Source: Neodothiora populina
Taxonomy: Eukaryota
DNA: 64,000 nt
Assembly: GCF_041146345.1 (NCBI RefSeq)
Contig: NW_027191410.1
Location: forward strand, 248,001 to 312,000
Reading direction: 5' to 3'
The notes beneath the pieces were generated by a model that worked only from the letters and a program-made list of their open reading frames with translations, was not told the origin of the DNA and made no database searches. This document shows, piece after piece, positions 49,093 to 61,650 of this stretch (its first letter is position 1; every line of letters starts with the position of its first letter). The position numbers were made by a program, and so were the translations under genes.

Positions 49093-50786
49093 TCAGATAT
49101 CAACACCGAGTCCAACGTTCTCTTCCTCGGTGGCCGTCGTTGTGGCCGTAAAAACAGGCGCCGCTGCATATTCATCCTCGTTAGCCCGGTCGTCATCGTT
49201 TTCATTGTCTTCGTCCAGCCCGAGCACCTTGCGAAGATTTGGTTGATCCACAGCCACCCACTCGTATCTCCTTGGTGCTTCTTCCAGATCGGCCCAGATA
49301 TCCCTCGGCATGAAATCCGAGACGTCACGGAAGAAATCCTTGCGGAGTTCAAGCTCCTGATCACAGAGTGCGTCGACCTTCCGCTTGGCTTCATCCAGGA
49401 CTCGTCGCACTTTGGCTTCGGCAGCTTGGCGTCTTGACACTTCTCGAAGGAGGTGGGCGTAGGATGTCAGAAATCCTTTGTAGATGCCGGTCAGCGCTGT
49501 CAGATCCTCCATTTTCGCCGTCATCTCCTCGCTCACACTGGTCCAGTGCAAGGCGAAAGTCCGCGCCGCGACGATGCGGCCACCGAGTCCGGCGCCAATC
49601 TGGTGCAGCAGAGCAAGAACAGCGGCTAATCTATGGTGCTGGGTGCGTGCGTTGGCAGTATGTTGCTCGAGTTCGCGGAGATAAGATTCCATCTCCGACA
49701 ATCGATCACGGATTTCAAGGACGACATCGTCGACTTCTTGCGCGTCAGTGACGAGCACATCCATCATCTCGCGCTTCTCGTCCAGAGTGATGGGCTCGCG
49801 GTGTTCATTGGCGAAAAGTGATTGGTCCATGCCTTCCAGAGACGTTTGGTCCGGCGAAGACCCCGTTGCGGCGCGTGCAGCTTCACCACCACCTTCGGTA
49901 TGCTTGAGAGCTGTGCTGCACAAGTCGTAATGTTCTATCAGTGATTGCAGCAGAGAAGCGGTCTCCGTGGCGTGAGTCGTCAAGGACTGGAACAGGTCCG
50001 GGATAGGCTCCGGTATCTCAGTGTCTATTTCTTGCTTCGCTGTGGCTCGACGCTTCCTGGCGCGAGGCGAGGCATCCTCGGCCAAATGGAGTGCATCCGC
50101 GAGGCTTGCTAGGGACTCGTCGAAGTCGGTCTGCGTATCTTGAAACGTCCTCGATGCCTGATTATACGAGTCAATGTCCAGGTGAAGAGAATCGAGAAGG
50201 GATTGATGGCCAGCCTCCGAGATGAAGTCATGCAATGTCCTGGGGGCAATATTCGGGGAGGAGTGACCATGAGAAGATGTAGAGCTTCCGGATGCAGCCG
50301 TAAGGTCTTGAAAGGCAGATGGATTTTTGGCGGCAAGCGAGGCGTCGACTACGGTACCTTTGAGCCTATCTAAAGTGACTATGAGTTTCCGGTGGGCGAT
50401 GTCTATGGATTCGACCTTGACCTGGTAGACTTGTCAGAGATCAGAAGGGGTTGTATAAACTCTTATATGATTATAGATACCCTGAACTCATCGTGCGCAT
50501 CTCGCGCCACATTATCCAAGCCATCTCTCACTGCAGCAAGGGTGTCGGCCTCCTCGTTGACGCGCCTCTCAAGGAAGGCATTCTTGGCACCGAGGAAGGC
50601 ACATTCTTCGACCAAGCTCCTGGAGCAATCGACTAGGTGATTCGCACGATAGACATGTGCAGTAGCCGATAGTGAGCGTTTGGCAGCAACAAAGTAAGCA
50701 ACAAGTCTTTCGAGATTCGTCGTCTCGGACTCGTGGAGACTATGGGGTGGAGATGGAGATGGACCGTGTGGTGAGGAAGCGTTCAT
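49093..50786 (-). CDS. ATG17: Autophagy scaffold Atg17; 2 exons
   Basis: LVAYFVAAKRSLS..HVYRAN, RTLHDFI, LLQSL..HYDLC.TALKHTEGG, DAQEV.DVV.EI, LL.EV.RR, FF..V.DF.P.D.W; spliced frame is continuous. Confidence 0.85.
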
Positions 50787-51200
50787 TCAGGCTCTGACCT
50801 TGCTGACCTCGGCCAGCGAGGGACACAGAATATGATGATGAAATGCGATTGATGGATAAGAGCTGATGGGAATTATTAAGTTTTATCAAAGATCAAGTAG
50901 TATCATGAGGCAGACCAGGACTGATCAGGCTTCAGTCTTGCAGATCAAGAGATGGAGCTCAAGGTCTCCGTACTTGTACCTTGATGTGGTCGGGGAAGGT
51001 CTTGGCATCTCCGCCCTGCGTCGGAAGTCCTCCTCCGTTGTCCGCTGTCCATTCTCGGCGCCGCTCTATCGATTCCGTGCAGGACCTTGGATACCGACGC
51101 CGCATACAGACATCGACGAACCATATATTTGACCGCGCAACAAGTTGATCGACACCATTCATTTCAGGACTTTCTGTGCTATACACCCACCACGTTCAAG

Positions 51201-51786
51201 ATGTCCATGTTCCGTTCGAAAAAGCTGGACCTAGGCGGTTTCGTCAACATCAAAGTCATCCGCGACCACACGAAGCGCAAAGTCTTTGAGCAGAACGAAC
51301 AAGAGAGGTAACCACCACTCCTGGACTATATCACGTCCAGTCTTGCAGCTTTCATGCGGGAGAGGGACGGCAAAGGCAAAAGAAAGGGCGCCAATAGACT
51401 GACGAGCACGCACGAATAGACAAGCCCTCCGCTACCTGATCCGCAACACTCAACTACCTCAGCGCACGCGCGCACAGGCTCAACTCCAACTCACCCAGAT
51501 GCACTGCTATACCCGACCGACCCAGATCAGAAACAGATGTATCGCTGGTGGCAAAGGTCGCGGTGTGTTTAGAGACTTCAGGATGGCAAGAGTGAGTATT
51601 TCTCCAACATCCACCTTTCCATGACGACGTCTTCGCGAAATGGAGGGAAGATTGAGAGGCGAACCTATACATTCATTGGAGGAGATGAAGAAACAGGTAG
51701 CTGACTTTTGCTCTCTCCTACAGTTCCAATTCCGTATGCATGCTCTTGCAGGCGAACTACCAGGTGTGAGAAAGGCTTCGTGGTAG
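51201..51786 (+). CDS. MRP2: Mitochondrial ribosomal protein uS14m; 3 exons
   Basis: IRDHTKRK.FEQNE.ER|QALRYLIRNT.LP.RTRA.AQLQL, QIRNRCI.GGKGRGV..DFRMAR|FQFR..AL.GELPGVRKASW*. Confidence 0.93.
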
Positions 51787-52332
51787 AAAGCGAGTGTCCA
51801 TAGGTTCAACAGACAACAGTTTTTGAGGACTGTGACACACGTAGAGCGGATGGATGTACGAGGATGGAATCTGTACGATTGTATACATAACACAGCATTT
51901 GGGTCAGGCGTTTCGATTTCTAAGGCGGTGGCAGAATATCAAATATATTCCATTTTCATACTTTAATGCTTGTCTTATGCTAACATGAATCGCAAGACTG
52001 GCAACCTGCATCATACTGTAACCACATTTCAGTACATTTTTGCTATTCTGCATATAATGTCAATTACACTGAATGCACAATGAGAGTGTTCCGATCTTAC
52101 TGATCTACCTTCGGGAATCCAACCCCACAACTGACATGCTTATCAGCCTCATTGCACCATCGGCCCCATAAAGTCCGGACAAACATGCAATACAAGATAA
52201 ACACAGAACGGTAAGTCGCTGCATGATCGAGAAGCTATATTAGAGCTATATCTCCGAGTCGTCATTTGTGGTTTTTCTTGCGCTTCATCTCTCAGCAACA
52301 ACAACGACAATCATCACTTGGACAAAAACACA

Positions 52333-52905
52333 ATGGCGGCATCAGCACTCAACTCCCTCTGGTTCATCGAACCGCTCCAGATCTTCTCGACTCTGGGCGC
52401 AGCAGTCAACTTTGGTGGATCGGCTCTGCAATCACCATTGATCATGCCCACGATCTCCGACGACGTGGTCAACGTTCCCGTGCACTACACTGCTCAACAG
52501 ACGGCCTACCTGCTGCACAACAGCGAGCATTTCTTCCCTCCACTCAATGCTCTGTGCACGCTAGCCAATCTCATCCTGACAGGCACGGCCTACTACAACC
52601 GCGACTCGTCGCCTGTGCTGGCGGCCAAGTTCCCCAAACTCGCCCTGGCTGCGGCGTTGAACGTGGCGACTACGGCGTGGGCATTGGGGATCATGGTCCC
52701 CATGAACAAGCGCATGGCTGTGCTGGCTTCGCAGCTCAAGGACGGAGTCGCTAGGGGCCAGGAGAAGGAGTCTAGACATAAGTCTGTAGAGCATGAATTC
52801 AGGAGTCTGCAGAAGAGGTGGATGAAGTTGAACTATGGCCGTGCTGCCATCATGATTGCTGGTGCTGTGGTTGGAGCCAGCGCTTTGGTTACTAAGGGTT
52901 ATTGA
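52333..52905 (+). CDS. DUF1772 / anthrone-oxygenase-like membrane protein
   Basis: Hydrophobic helices with MVPMNKR and WMKLNYGR motifs resembling DUF1772. Confidence 0.6.
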   Translation: MAASALNSLWFIEPLQIFSTLGAAVNFGGSALQSPLIMPTISDDVVNVPVHYTAQQTAYLLHNSEHFFPPLNALCTLANLILTGTAYYNRDSSPVLAAKFPKLALAAALNVATTAWALGIMVPMNKRMAVLASQLKDGVARGQEKESRHKSVEHEFRSLQKRWMKLNYGRAAIMIAGAVVGASALVTKGY

Positions 52906-53355
52906 GGAACTGTTAATGACATGAAAGGAAGATAGGCTTAAGGGAGTGTGTTGAATCTGTATTTTTATCGTGCATTCATGACCGGCTCATCATCTACTGT
53001 ACTCAAGGAGCTGGGTTTCGTTGCTCACACGCCATGATATCGACATTTACATCGAACCATATCGTCTTCTCGCTCCACTGATGATTGCCATCTGCTTGGC
53101 CTTTGTCGTCAATTCCTTTCGACCATATAAATTAATGTTTGATGTATCAGCTAAAGATCTCCATAGCATGACTTCTACATCATATCGAGAGTGACTTGGA
53201 GCATGTGAAGGAAGGTCTCAGGGTCGAGCAACAAATATCCAGGGTGCGGAGAACTGACGTAATCAGGCATCTTTTCTATTTGCCAGTTGCGAAACGTTCC
53301 CATAGATTTAATGACTATAAAGAAATTATTATAAAGAAGCAATCCACATTCCACA

Positions 53356-54429
53356 ATGCCAGTGAGCCTACCACCCAGCCTGACCGCACGGGAGATGCAT
53401 TTATTTCGACCTGACGAAAACAAAAATGACTGACTTTGACCCCCCGTAATTCCTCCAGCTCATCCTCATATCAGGATACCCGTCCAGCGGGAAAACCCAC
53501 CACAGCAAACAACTGATCGACTTCTTCGAGCAAAAGATATCCTCGTCCAGCGACCCCAGGATATCACGCCTCAAAATCTACCACCACAACGACCAAAGCC
53601 TCGGTCTAGATCGGAACGTATATGCGGCTGCGCGACCGGAGAAAGATGCGCGCGCGACGTTCTCGTCGGCTATCAAGAGGGACTTGACGAAGTCTGCTAT
53701 CGTGGTCGCGGATGGCATGAATTATATCAAGGGTTTTAGGTATCAGCTTTATTGTGAGGCTAAGGCGCAGACGACGCCGAGTTGTGTAGTATGTAGGCTC
53801 TGCTCTTCCTTCTGCTTTGTCAAAAGATCTACTCTCTCTTCCCTCGACTGGGAGATCAATCCGCTGATGGGCCCAAAAAGGTACACATCGGCACGCCCGT
53901 AGATAAATGTCGCGAACAAAACGAAGCAGCCCTTCAGAACGGCACAGGCGGTTACGAACCAGAGCTATTCGACAACCTGGTCTTCCGTTACGAAGAACCC
54001 AACGGCATGACGAGGTGGGACTCGCCCTTATTCACAGTACCCTACGACGACCCTACGCCTCCGCTCGAAGCAATCTGGGACGCGATGATAGGCTCAGACG
54101 GCAAAGCGCCGGTCGTAAAACCGAATGCTGCGACTGTGCTCAAGCCGCCGACGGAGCAGAATTACCTCTACGAGCTGGACAAGACGACGTCGGATATCGT
54201 GGGGCTGATCAGTGCGTGGCAGAAGGATCATCCGGGCGAGGGAGGCGGCGAGATCACCGTTGCTGGAGTCGAGACTGTGCTTGAACTACCAGCGAATCCT
54301 CTCGGACTGCCGCAGCTGCAGAGGCTGCGCAGACAGTTTATCAGTCTGAACCGCACGCACGAGTTGAGCAAGGACCGCGTCAGGGATTTGTTCGTTGATT
54401 ATCTGAATGACGCTTTTCAGAAGGTATGA
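53356..54429 (+). CDS. KTI12: Elongator-associated P-loop protein Kti12; 3 exons
   Basis: MP|LILISGYPSSGKT, EKDARA, VVADGMNYIKGFRYQLYCEAK, LVFRYEEPNGMTRWDSPLF, LPQLQRLRRQFI, FVDYLN. Confidence 0.93.
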
Positions 54430-54473
54430 AGTGCTGGAAGGAAAAGAGTATTCTACTCCTATTGCATTACTGT

Positions 54474-55742
54474 TCAACCCGCCTTGGTCACCCTCCTCAA
54501 AGCCTCGGAACTGTTGTCCAACCCTTCCTGGAAGCCCAGTCCCTTAGCCAGACTGATGGCCTCTCGGTACTTGCTCCTGGCCTCCTTGACATTGTTGTTC
54601 ATTTCCGCAAACTCGCCCAGGTTGTGCAGTGCGACCGCGCACGCATAGTCGCATTCTTCGTCTCTGACAGGCGGCGTGATGCCAGCGGCAACCTGGATCG
54701 CCTTCTCAGCCCATTGCGTCGCATTGGCCACGAGCGCTTTTCGAGATGGCGGAGCTTCGCCTTGGGCGATAAGTGATGCAGGTGGGTTCTGCTGCGCCAG
54801 GGAGATCGACAGGTTGTTCATCAGAGTAACGCTGTGGCAGTCTTGTGTGGGTTTGAGGGATAGAGCTTGTAGGAAGAGAGGAGTGGCGAGATAGTGTTTG
54901 TCTTGTTCTTCGTAGTTGTGGGCTAGCGCTTCGAGACTGGCGCCGATTTCGTTGTCGTCCATCCATTCGCCTTCTTCCTCCGAGTTGACGTTTGCCTTTT
55001 CTCGCCTCGCCTTCTCCCTCAGTGTTGTCTCTACCGCCCATACAAGTCTCTCTTCCGCAGTCTTGGGATCTTGGACGTATGGGTTGCTGTACAGCTCGCC
55101 CAGCTTCACAGAAACAGCAATAGCCTGCTTCAACACTCTCGTTCTCTTCTGCTTGTTCCTCTCCAACCCTCCCAATAACTCCTCCCAATTCAGCATATCC
55201 CTCTTCAAGATCTCCAGCACCTCAATCGCCTTGGGGAAATTGTTGATCCTCTCCATCAGCGCAGCGACTTGAATCTTGACACCGATAATCTCATCAGAGA
55301 ACGGATCCATGCCCAGCTCATTGGCAATCTCCAGAGCCTGCTTGTAGTACTTCAGCGCCTCCTTGGGCTGCAGATCCGTGTTGGTATAGTACAGCGCACG
55401 TCGCAGCTTCTGAGCCACGGGCTCCGGGTACTTGTGGAAAGAGGCGATGATGTAGGATTGGTAGAGGTAATTGGCGTAGACGATGCATCCCGACGCGAAA
55501 AGGATGATGACACCTGCAAGAGAGACCTGGTACGGATGGCGATGGTAGAGTTGCTTGCAGCGGGTCCATACCGAGTCCTGGCTTGCAAAGGTACGTCGGC
55601 CCTGTGCCTTCAAGTATGATTGACCAGCCAGCTTTGAGCGGATGCTCGGTCGTGTCAGAGTGTTCAGACATCTTGTCTTGGTTTCGGCGGCGGGGACGGC
55701 GATGGTCCTGCGCAGTGCTCGCGCTGCTGGTGATCGGAACAT
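54474..55742 (-). CDS. Mitochondrial inner-membrane TPR protein (Mgr3-like)
   Basis: Presequence, single TM, YPEPVAQKLRRALYY, TPR-like helices (ALKYYKQAL, LATPLFLQAL, ALHNLGEFA). Confidence 0.7.
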   Translation of the reverse strand: MFRSPAARALRRTIAVPAAETKTRCLNTLTRPSIRSKLAGQSYLKAQGRRTFASQDSVWTRCKQLYHRHPYQVSLAGVIILFASGCIVYANYLYQSYIIASFHKYPEPVAQKLRRALYYTNTDLQPKEALKYYKQALEIANELGMDPFSDEIIGVKIQVAALMERINNFPKAIEVLEILKRDMLNWEELLGGLERNKQKRTRVLKQAIAVSVKLGELYSNPYVQDPKTAEERLVWAVETTLREKARREKANVNSEEEGEWMDDNEIGASLEALAHNYEEQDKHYLATPLFLQALSLKPTQDCHSVTLMNNLSISLAQQNPPASLIAQGEAPPSRKALVANATQWAEKAIQVAAGITPPVRDEECDYACAVALHNLGEFAEMNNNVKEARSKYREAISLAKGLGFQEGLDNSSEALRRVTKAG

Positions 55743-56211
55743 GATGGTGTTTGGCGATTGTGGCAATGTTCTTCGGAGGACAGGGTAAAATGTATCAAGT
55801 GATAAGGCTGTACAGCATGCACGATTTTGGTACTCGGCAGGGCTTGGGGAACAATTTTGCCGAGTTGATCTACGACGCTGTGCAGCTGGTACTCCGCGTT
55901 TACATCATCAAGGCGTTGTGAGAATTACTTCATATTTTTGGTGGCTATCGGCATTTGAGCGTCACCGTAACATAAGATACTGACTGTGGTAGCACGGTTG
56001 AGATGAACGTATATATAGTGTATTGTGTATCTTGCTCACAAGCCTTTGCGTCTCTAGCTTTCGTATGGTTCGCCGTATCTGGTATGCCATCCATCGTTGA
56101 CATTCCTTTTTATTCTATCGTGAAGACATCCTTTCAGGTTTCCCAGATCCCCGACATGGTCATGCATGGATTCTTCAGGACTACACATCACTAGGACATA
56201 AGTTTTCTGCC

Positions 56212-57425
56212 TTAGACCTCGGCCTTCATCTTTCTGAAGAAGTCCATGACGCCGGTGAAAACGACGAGCAGGATACCACCACCTGGACCCAGTCTCAGCA
56301 CCTTGGGGAGGAAACCCTTGTACAGCGCACTGAAACCTTCCTCCTTGTAGACCGTGCCGAGGGCAGGCCATGCCCAGTTGTACTTGGGAATGCCGCCGGG
56401 CACTCTGGGTGAGTTTTGTATCCGACTCTTGACCACGTCCATGGGGGTGTTGAGAACGGTACCGATGGTGCCACCGACGGCACCGGACATCAAGTCATTG
56501 AGGACTTGACCCTTCTTGTCCTTGGCCTGAGGGAGAAGAGCGCGAACCTGGAAGATACAGCCGAAGTAACCCGCGTTCCAGAGAACGTGACGCCAGATTG
56601 TGGATTCAAGACCCTGGTAAAGGGTGAGAGGACCCTCTTGCTGGATGACTTTTCGCACACAGTCGACCATGCCGTTGTACTTGTGCGATTGTGCCTTGTC
56701 TTGTAGACGAATCTTGACGAGCTCGAAGGGGACGACGACGAAGGCCTCGGTGGCTCCGGCGGTAGCACCAGTGAGGATAGAGAGCGATTGGTTCATCTTA
56801 GCCATGCCGAAGAGGTCGCGGTAGAACTTGCCCCAGGAGTCGTTGGCGGCGAACTTGGTTGCTCTGTTGTTCGTTGCTCGTCAATGTCTGCAGAGACACA
56901 GTAATTGGAATGAAGAGTCAAGACAAACCTCTTGGGTGCCTCCATGAGAATGGGTGCCTCAATACCACGGTAAAGACGACCGAAACTGCAAAGGCGTCAG
57001 TCTGCTGTCATACGAACAGATCGTGAATACTTTAGACGAACCCTTCGTTCTTGATGATCTTGCGGAAGCAGTCACCCATGCCCTTGTATGCATCATCACC
57101 AACAGCGGTGCTGGATTGTAGTTGGCTAGGAATATACTGTCAGTACACGCGAGCCTTTCTGTTCGATTGGGTGCACATAACATACACTCTGGTCTTGACA
57201 ACGTCCAATGGGTACCTGTCCCTCAGGTCAGTCTTCCTAGTCGATCTTATCGCTGCAGACAAGGACCAATATGTACATCAACAAGATCTATTTCCCATGG
57301 TTAGCATTCAGTGATATATGCGCAGCGACTTCTCTGATGCCATGGCTTACTTCAGAAATACCAGCCACTGCACCGGCAGCGAACTGGTAGACAAAAGGGA
57401 GCGGCTTCTGGTCGTTGGCCGACAT
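56212..57425 (-). CDS. ODC1: Mitochondrial 2-oxodicarboxylate carrier; 6 exons including an 11-nt microexon
   Basis: PLPFVYQFAAGAVAGISE|ILLM|YPLDVVKTR, PILMEAPKR|ATKFAAND, PFELVKIRLQ, PMDVVKSRIQ, KVLRLGPGGG. Confidence 0.92.
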
Positions 57426-57995
57426 ATTCGCGAGGACTATTTGCGGTATTAGACCTGTATGTAATGAGAGCAAAGGACGATATTACCCTAGTCGTATGGA
57501 GTATGTATAAGAAAAGAAAACGAATATATACAATTGTCGGAGACGGCGAGAACGAAGCGTAGTAGAGATATCGGGGACTGCGACGACAGTACTACTAAGC
57601 ACTTTGCTTCTCGTTCGGTTAGTTTCGACTGGGTCGGTGGTGTTGACGACAATCCTTAGCTCCTCCGCATTCGGGCGGTGGAGGATTTGTGTTGAGATAG
57701 CCATAGCCGGAAATCGGATTTACGTAAGGTCACGGCCCTGCATATTACCCACTGTACCTACAATACCTTGCCCTTACCAAATCATCCACGGCTATTTGCT
57801 TGCGTGTTTGCTTTCGTTGCTTGATTTTTGGCGGCTGATTTCTTTGCTATAATTAACGTAGAAGCCCTGGGGGTTTAAGGTACGGTATCTGTTAACTCCG
57901 AAAGACACACTTGTTTGTTGGTTACACTTCTATATGCATACATCTCAAGTGTATGTCCAGACATTACAATTACACAAAGCAAGAATTTCACAAAC

Positions 57996-58541
57996 ATGTC
58001 CGCCGCAGCTCTCAGCCCTTTCGACATGTTATCATCAACATCGTCAGCAGCGACTATGGCAACACCATCTCCTTTTCCCGCGCCCTCACGCACAGCAACA
58101 GCCGCCATTCCATCTACCAACAGCAACGACGACAAGATCTCAACAACAGCAACGCGCATATCATTCGCAGACAAGATCCTGATAACAATAACCCAATCCG
58201 ACCTCTCGCCCTCCCACTGGCTGCACGTCTCATTACTAGGCGACAACCCCTTGACAGACCCCAGCACCTACTTGCACCCGACTTCAGAACACGAACAGCA
58301 GGAACCAGACGTTTCTTCCCTGCTGCCTTTTCCCCATCTCACGGCTACGACGGTGCTGGGCGGCACGAAACCTTCGTTTGAGATCCTCGGCCAGACGCTT
58401 GCGACGACGCTCGCCAGCGCGCTGTTGATGAAGAGTCCGGCTGAGACGAGGATGTTGGTTTTCGGGCTCGGGCTGAGTAAAGATTCGATGGCGAGGGAAG
58501 AGTATGAGGGCGTGGTGGGGTTGGGCTTGGACGTGCTATAG
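57996..58541 (+). CDS. Proteasome assembly chaperone 3 (PAC3/PSMG3)-like; alternative start at 58056
   Basis: PFPA.SR, FADKILITITQ, W.HVSL, LLP.PHLTATTVLGG, LAS.L...P.E.R.LVFGLG. Confidence 0.65.
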   Translation: MSAAALSPFDMLSSTSSAATMATPSPFPAPSRTATAAIPSTNSNDDKISTTATRISFADKILITITQSDLSPSHWLHVSLLGDNPLTDPSTYLHPTSEHEQQEPDVSSLLPFPHLTATTVLGGTKPSFEILGQTLATTLASALLMKSPAETRMLVFGLGLSKDSMAREEYEGVVGLGLDVL

Positions 58542-58808
58542 AGTCTTGTCTTTTTGCCGTTGACATCGCGCTTCATAACTGGGACTTTTTTCTGGCACCC
58601 ATGTTCACCCATGTTCACGCATGCACACGGGTTCAATTCTCGTATTCGAGTCGGACAAATTGTAGATTGTCCAATGTCTATATGGCATGTCCCGGTTCAG
58701 CCAGTGACCGGAGATATTATATGCTCTTGATGATCAATCATCGCTGTCGTGACGAAATAAATGATAAGAAAACAGAAGCCCGCGCCGTGTCTATTCCTTT
58801 TCCATCCT

Positions 58809-59523
58809 TCATGCATTTGTTGATTGCGCGGCCTTGGCGTTGTAGTCTCTCAACGCTTGGATAAGTTTGTCCACCGATTCCATGTCTCCGGCATCGTATT
58901 TCTCGTTGCCAGTAATCTCCGATGGCAGATGCTTGACTGTCTCGTCAAGCGCAGGTTGGTAGTTTCGTGATGTGCTGGAGAGCACACGCGTGGCCTTCTT
59001 GCGCACACCATGGTCTGGGTCCTGGTGACTCAGTTTTGCGACTCTTGGGATTGCTCCTATCGCTAGCGCCTGGTTTGCTCATGTCAGTGAACTGTCGGTC
59101 GGGAGAGAAGTGGTGGGAGAAAAAAGGAAAACATACTCGTTCTTGACACTTGATGTTGTTCTGCACCGCAGTACCTAAGCACCAGAGCGCCATGTTCCTG
59201 ACCTCCTTCTCCTCATCGTCGAGTTTGCCGATCAGCGGCATCCAGAGCCCTAGAGTCTCCATGTTGTTGGCATTGTCCAAGTTCTCCACTAGCTGCTCGA
59301 AGTTGTCCCAAGCGATCAATTTGTTCTCGAGGTCGACTTCGGGGTGGTAGATAGCGGCCATGGCTTCGTTCATGCGGTCGGCATCCGATGGGCCGCCCAT
59401 GAGTTGCGCCAGGAGCTCTGGATTTAGTTGAGAGCGCGGTTGCTGTGCTGCGTCTTCCGTGCGACTCGCATCCGAGTTCTCAATTGACCATTTCAGGATC
59501 TCGTTCAGACCGGCGTTGTTCAT
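58809..59523 (-). CDS. FES1: Hsp70 nucleotide exchange factor Fes1; 2 exons
   Basis: [64 protein letters not shown]. Confidence 0.94.
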
Positions 59524-59751
59524 CTTGTCTGTATTCTCTGTCGCGTCTTGTTTTGGGGTTTCTTTCCGATTCTGACTCGCTTCTATCTATTCATAGGATC
59601 TTATAGCAAGAGATTGTGGTTTGTGGGTCAAGAGTATGAGGTATACGGTGTGCAGACGAATGTTGAATGATGAAAGATAAAATTATAGCTACTGGGACTG
59701 CCTGACGCAACACATGATTTTACCCAGACCCTTGCATTATGGCGGGGTTCC

Positions 59752-59779
59752 TTCGCCAAGCTTCGTGAAGCATCTAGAA
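59752..59779. promoter_or_regulatory. Heat-shock element upstream of FES1
   Basis: Phased inverted nGAAn units TTCgcCAAgcTTCgtGAAgcATCtaGAA (4 perfect, 2 one-mismatch), about 230-255 bp upstream of a chaperone co-factor gene. Confidence 0.65.
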
Positions 59780-60353
59780 GGCGGAACCCTCAGCGATAGA
59801 CAATGGCATATCTGAATGATCACTTATGCACTATATATTCCTGCGCGGTGCACCATAAGGTCATTCGTTAAGAAATCAAGACTACCATACGATGATTATA
59901 CAATGACATCGCTAAGAAGTGAGATGCGGATCAAGGTAAGCTTATTGTCATAGGTGCAGTTGAGGTTTCCGCCCGTACACCAAAATACAGTAGAGTATAA
60001 AGCAGTACAACGAATCGCAGGCGTCAATGTTCTCCTAAGCCGACTGGCCTTGATTTACTACCATTCTCTTGTCACTCGCTTTGTCTACCAGGCAGAACAT
60101 CCACCTTCAGTATCCCATCCTCAAACCTCTCTACATTTGGCCATCTAGAGATATACAAAATTGCGCAGACACACATGATCTGGATTCCTCGGAGCGCGAC
60201 GTCATAAAGTCTTGATAAACTGCGCCGCTGTGCTGCCTTCAACTCCTGCGGTTACTACCTCAAGGCAGTCACTGCCTTACTCCTTGGACTGGCTCCAGAA
60301 GCGCTTCGACACCTGTCAGGCCTGGATCTTTGACCAACTCCGTCAGCTTCACA

Positions 60354-61262
60354 ATGTCGTCGCTATCAGCTTCGTTCAACGCTTTCAAACAGGACAATTC
60401 GAGCGCCGCCTCTCGTAATGCGCAATACCTAAAGCGTGTCAATGGCACAGCCAACTCAAGCGCCAATACGCACGCTGCCGCATCGACTTCCTCACCGCGC
60501 CCAAGTGCACCCTCCGCGACCCCTTCTTCCACGGATCTGAAAAGGAAGCGTAACGAGCTCGCCGACAATGCCAGCTACTCCCAACCTCAGGATACCGGGT
60601 CCGGCAAGGAGGTCATGACCCAAGTCGTCTATGCTATCGATTATCTAAAATCCAAAGATCGTCCCATCGGCTTCAACGATATTTGGAACTACTTGTCCAT
60701 CCCTGCCAACCAACAGCAGCACCGCGCAGTACTCAAGAGAGCCCTGGTAGAGCACCCCAAGGTTGAATATGATCCCAAAGGACTCGACGGTCACCCGAGC
60801 TTCCGATTCAGGCCTGTACATAATGTCCGATCTGCAGATGAGCTCAGAGCATACTTGCAACGACAACCTACCGCTCAGGGTATCAGTGTCAAGGAGCTAA
60901 AGGACGGATGGCCGTCTGCCATCGCCGAGATCGAAGCCTTGGAAGGGAAGGGAGAACTTCTCGTCACGAGAAACAAGAAAGACAATACGCCCAAGATGGT
61001 CTGGCCCAACGATCCTTCCCTGGCTTTGCATATCGATCAGGATTTCCAAGACTATTGGAGCAAGATCAAGCTTCCATCGAATCCCGCAGACATGAGGACG
61101 GAGCTACTGAACGCTGGCTTGACACCTACAAGTCAGGTCAAAGAACTGCCCAAGCTCGGAGGTGCAAGGGAGAAGAAGAAGAGGATCTCGAGAAAGATTG
61201 GCAGAAGTACGAACACTCACATGACTGGTATTCTCAAGGATTATTCGCAGGTCAAACGATGA
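60354..61262 (+). CDS. TFA2: Transcription initiation factor TFIIE beta subunit
   Basis: YSQP.DTG.G, TQV.YAIDYLK, F.P.HNVRS..EL, GISVKELKDGWP, LLVTR.KKD.TPKMVW, TNTHM.GILKDYS. Confidence 0.93.
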   Translation: MSSLSASFNAFKQDNSSAASRNAQYLKRVNGTANSSANTHAAASTSSPRPSAPSATPSSTDLKRKRNELADNASYSQPQDTGSGKEVMTQVVYAIDYLKSKDRPIGFNDIWNYLSIPANQQQHRAVLKRALVEHPKVEYDPKGLDGHPSFRFRPVHNVRSADELRAYLQRQPTAQGISVKELKDGWPSAIAEIEALEGKGELLVTRNKKDNTPKMVWPNDPSLALHIDQDFQDYWSKIKLPSNPADMRTELLNAGLTPTSQVKELPKLGGAREKKKRISRKIGRSTNTHMTGILKDYSQVKR

Positions 61263-61650
61263 GCCGTATATTGAGTGCCAGTTGGCGAGGCCAGGAGGGA
61301 CAGAGAAGGCCTAAGCCGGCAGTCGCCCATGTACTGAGGGTTTGGCAAACCACTTGTGTTTGTTGCACTTTAAAGGAGATTGACTACGAAATAGGAAAAG
61401 GATTATGTAGAATTAGCGAGGCGTTGGCGGTCAATCATAAGAGTCTTACTGTATCTCATACAGGTATTCAAGTTTCTACAATTAGATCGGACTACTTTGT
61501 AATCACAATGTAGAAGCTGTGAAGCATACCTTACCTACCTCACCCCAGGCAAATCAATGGATGGTTAACGGGACCCGAGCCCCACTAGCCATGTCTTATC
61601 TCTTGGCAGATCCAGACCATTTGCAGCACTGGGGATGCGGGTAAAGATGC

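Noticed and set aside
50230..50480. Apparent break between two ATG17 ORFs
   Set aside because: A gtatct...ctgac...cag intron joins them, and the frame reads through the C-runs into RTLHDFI without a shift.
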